Assembly: GCA_028534125.1 (NCBI GenBank)
Contig: CM052818.1
Coordinates: 29,266,001 to 29,330,000 of the forward strand
Length of the DNA: 64,000 bases
From: Lama glama
Lineage: Eukaryota
Direction of reading: 5' to 3'
This document shows, one piece after another, positions 61,565 to 64,000 of this stretch (positions within the stretch are counted from its first letter, which is position 1; each line of letters starts with the position of its first letter). The translations under genes were made by a program, and so were the position numbers. Under the pieces are notes generated by a model. The model made no database searches. It was not told the origin of the DNA and was given only the letters and a program-made list of their open reading frames with translations.

Positions 61565-64000
61565 TACATACATACATACACACACACCACAGCCTCTTTA
61601 TCCATTCACCTGTCAGTAGACACTTAGGTTGATTCCATGTCTTGGCTATTATAAAGGGTGTGAACATTGGTGTGCATGTATCTTTTCAAATTAGAGTTTT
61701 CATCTTTTCCAGATATATGCCCGGGAGTGCAATTGCTGGATCAACGGTAACTCTATTTTTAGTTTTTAAAGGAACCTCATAGAGTTTTCCATGGTGGCTG
61801 CACCAGTTTACTTTTCCACCAATAGTATGAGAGGGTTCTCTTTTCTCCACACTCTCTCCAGCATTTTTTATTTGTAGATTTTTTGATGGTGGCCATTCTG
61901 ACTGGTGTGAGGTGATAACCATTTTTTTAGTTTGACTTATATTTTCCTAATAATTAGAAATGTTGAGTATCTTTTCATGTGCCTATTGGCCATCTGTGTG
62001 TCTTCTTTGGAGAAATTTCTGTTTAGGTCTTCTGCCCATATTTTAATTTTGTTGTTGTTTTTATTATTACTGAGTTGTATAAGCTGTTAATATTTTCTGG
62101 AAATTAAACTTGTCAGTTGCATCATTTGCAAATATTTTCTCCCATTCCATAGGTTGTCTTTTTGTTTCTGATTTCCTCTGCTGTGCAAAAGCTTTTAAGT
62201 TTAATTAGGTCCCATTTGTTTGTTTTTGCTTTTATTTCTATTGCCTGGGTAGGCTGCTCTAGGAGAACATTACTAACATTTATGTCAGGGAATGTTTTGC
62301 CTATGTTTTCTTCTAGGAGGTGTATAGTATCTTGTCTTATGTTTATAAGTCTTTAAGCCATTTTGAGTTTATTTTGTGTTTGGTGTGAGGGAGTATTCTA
62401 ACTTCACTGGTTTTACATGGGGCTGTCCAGCTTTCCAAACATCTCTTGTAGAAGATACTATCTTTTCTTCATTGTATATTCTTGACTCCTTTGTTGCAGA
62501 TTAATTAACCATAGGCGTGTGGGTTTACTTCTGGGCTCTGTATTCTGTTTAATTGAACCATATGTCTGTTCTTGTGTCAATACCACACTGTTTTGTAGTA
62601 CTGTAGTACTGATTACTGTAGCTTTGTAGTATTGTCTGAAATCTGGGAGGGTTATCCAGCTCTGTTCTTTCCCCAGGACTGCTCTAGCAATTCTATGTCT
62701 TTTATGGTTCCATATAAATCTTACCATTACTTGTTCTAGTTCTGTGAGAAATGTCCTGGATAATTTGATCAGGATCACATTAAATCTGTAGATTGCTTTG
62801 GGTAGTATGGCCATTTTAATAATATTAATTCTTCCACTCCTAGAGCATGGAATATCCTTCTATTTTTTTGAATCATTTTCAATTTCCTTTAATCAATGTT
62901 TTATAGTTCTCAGTGTATAAATCTTTCACCTCTTTGCTCAGGTTTATTCCTAAGTATTTCATTTTGGTTTTTTTGGATGCAATATTAAAAGGGATTAAAA
63001 AAAAACTTTCTGATATTTCATTGTCTGTGTAAAGAAATGTAACAGATACCTGTATGTTAATCTTGTATCCTGCTACCTTGCTGAATTCATTTATCAGTTG
63101 AATAGTCTTTGTATGGCATCTTTAGGATTTTCTATATATCGCATCATGTCATCTGCATGTAATGGTAATTTTACCTCTTCCCTTTCTGTTTAGATACCTT
63201 TTATAATTTTCTGATTTCTGTGGCTAGGACCTCCAATACTAGGTTGAATACAAGTGGTGAGAGTGGGCATCCTTCTCTTGATCAAGATTTTAGCAGGAAA
63301 GCTTTCAGCTTTTCACCATTAAGTATTATGAGTAGTTGGCTGTGGGTTTGTCATAAATAGCTTTTATTAGACTGAGATATGTTCCCTCTGTACCCACTTT
63401 GGTGAGAGTTTTTATCATGAATGGATGTTGAATTTTATAAAATGCTTTTTCTCCATCTATTTAGATAATCATGCAGTTTTTGTCTTGTCTTTCGTTGGTG
63501 TGGATCCCATTGATTTTGTGTATGTTGAACCATCCTTGTTGACCCTGGGGTGAATCCAACATGATCATGGTGTATGATTCCTTTTATGTATTATTGGATT
63601 TAGTTTGTTAATACTTTGAAGATTTTTGAATCTATATTCATCAAAGATAATGGCCTATAATTTTCTTTTTGGTAGTATCTTTGTCTGGTTTTGGTATCAG
63701 AGTGATGGTGGCTTCATAGAGTGAGTTTGGGAGTGTTCCTTCCTCTTCAGTCTTTTGGAAGAGTTTAAGATCAGTATGAGTTTTTTGTATGTTTTAGAAT
63801 TCCCCAGTGAAGCAATCTGGTCCTGGACTTCTGTTTGCCGGGAGTTTTTGTTTTTGTTTTAATTAAAGATTATACTTTACTCCTAATGATCACTCTGTTC
63901 AAATTATCTATTTCTTCTTGATGCAGATTTGGTAGACTGTTTATAGAAACTTGTCTATTTCTTCTAGATTGTCCAACTTGTTGGTATATAATTGTTCACA
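61089..64000 (-). mobile_element. L1 3' UTR and ORF2, continuing past the window end
   Basis: ttttttattgaagtatagttgatttaca 3' end and [21 protein letters not shown]...[14 protein letters not shown]. (GT)n at 61533-61562. Confidence 0.95.

Noticed and set aside
1..64000. CRISPR arrays, operons or prokaryotic-type systems
   Set aside because: The sequence is mammalian. There are no regularly spaced repeat-spacer arrays or dense coding regions.

Overview
Mammalian, repeat-rich, CpG-depleted DNA that is intergenic or deep-intronic. Two tRNA-derived SINEs resemble the camelid vic-1 family, so the source is probably Camelidae (inferred by recognition, not by search). I recognise no protein-coding host gene. 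The ORF track is mostly chance ORFs plus decayed L1, L2, CR1 and ERV reading frames. The left 47 kb mixes unique sequence with old eutherian repeats (L1M, L2, MIR, L3, MER DNA transposons, MLT/ERVL), several 5'-truncated L1 insertions with clean target-site duplications (TSDs), and a full-length U1 snRNA retrocopy (29052-29214, minus). The right 17 kb is a nested retroelement stack: an ERV1 LTR, PBS and gag spanning a 500-N gap, a near full-length minus-strand L1 carrying a nested L1, a SINE and a scrambled multi-fragment insert, a second ERV with a young solo LTR inside it, and a further L1 running off the window. The most notable observation is that the antisense U1 retrocopy forms a ready-made 153-nt cassette exon on the plus strand, with near-ideal splice sites and one open frame. 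Repeat family names are by-eye assignments and their boundaries are approximate unless a TSD is quoted. I found no convincing evidence of a new multi-gene system.
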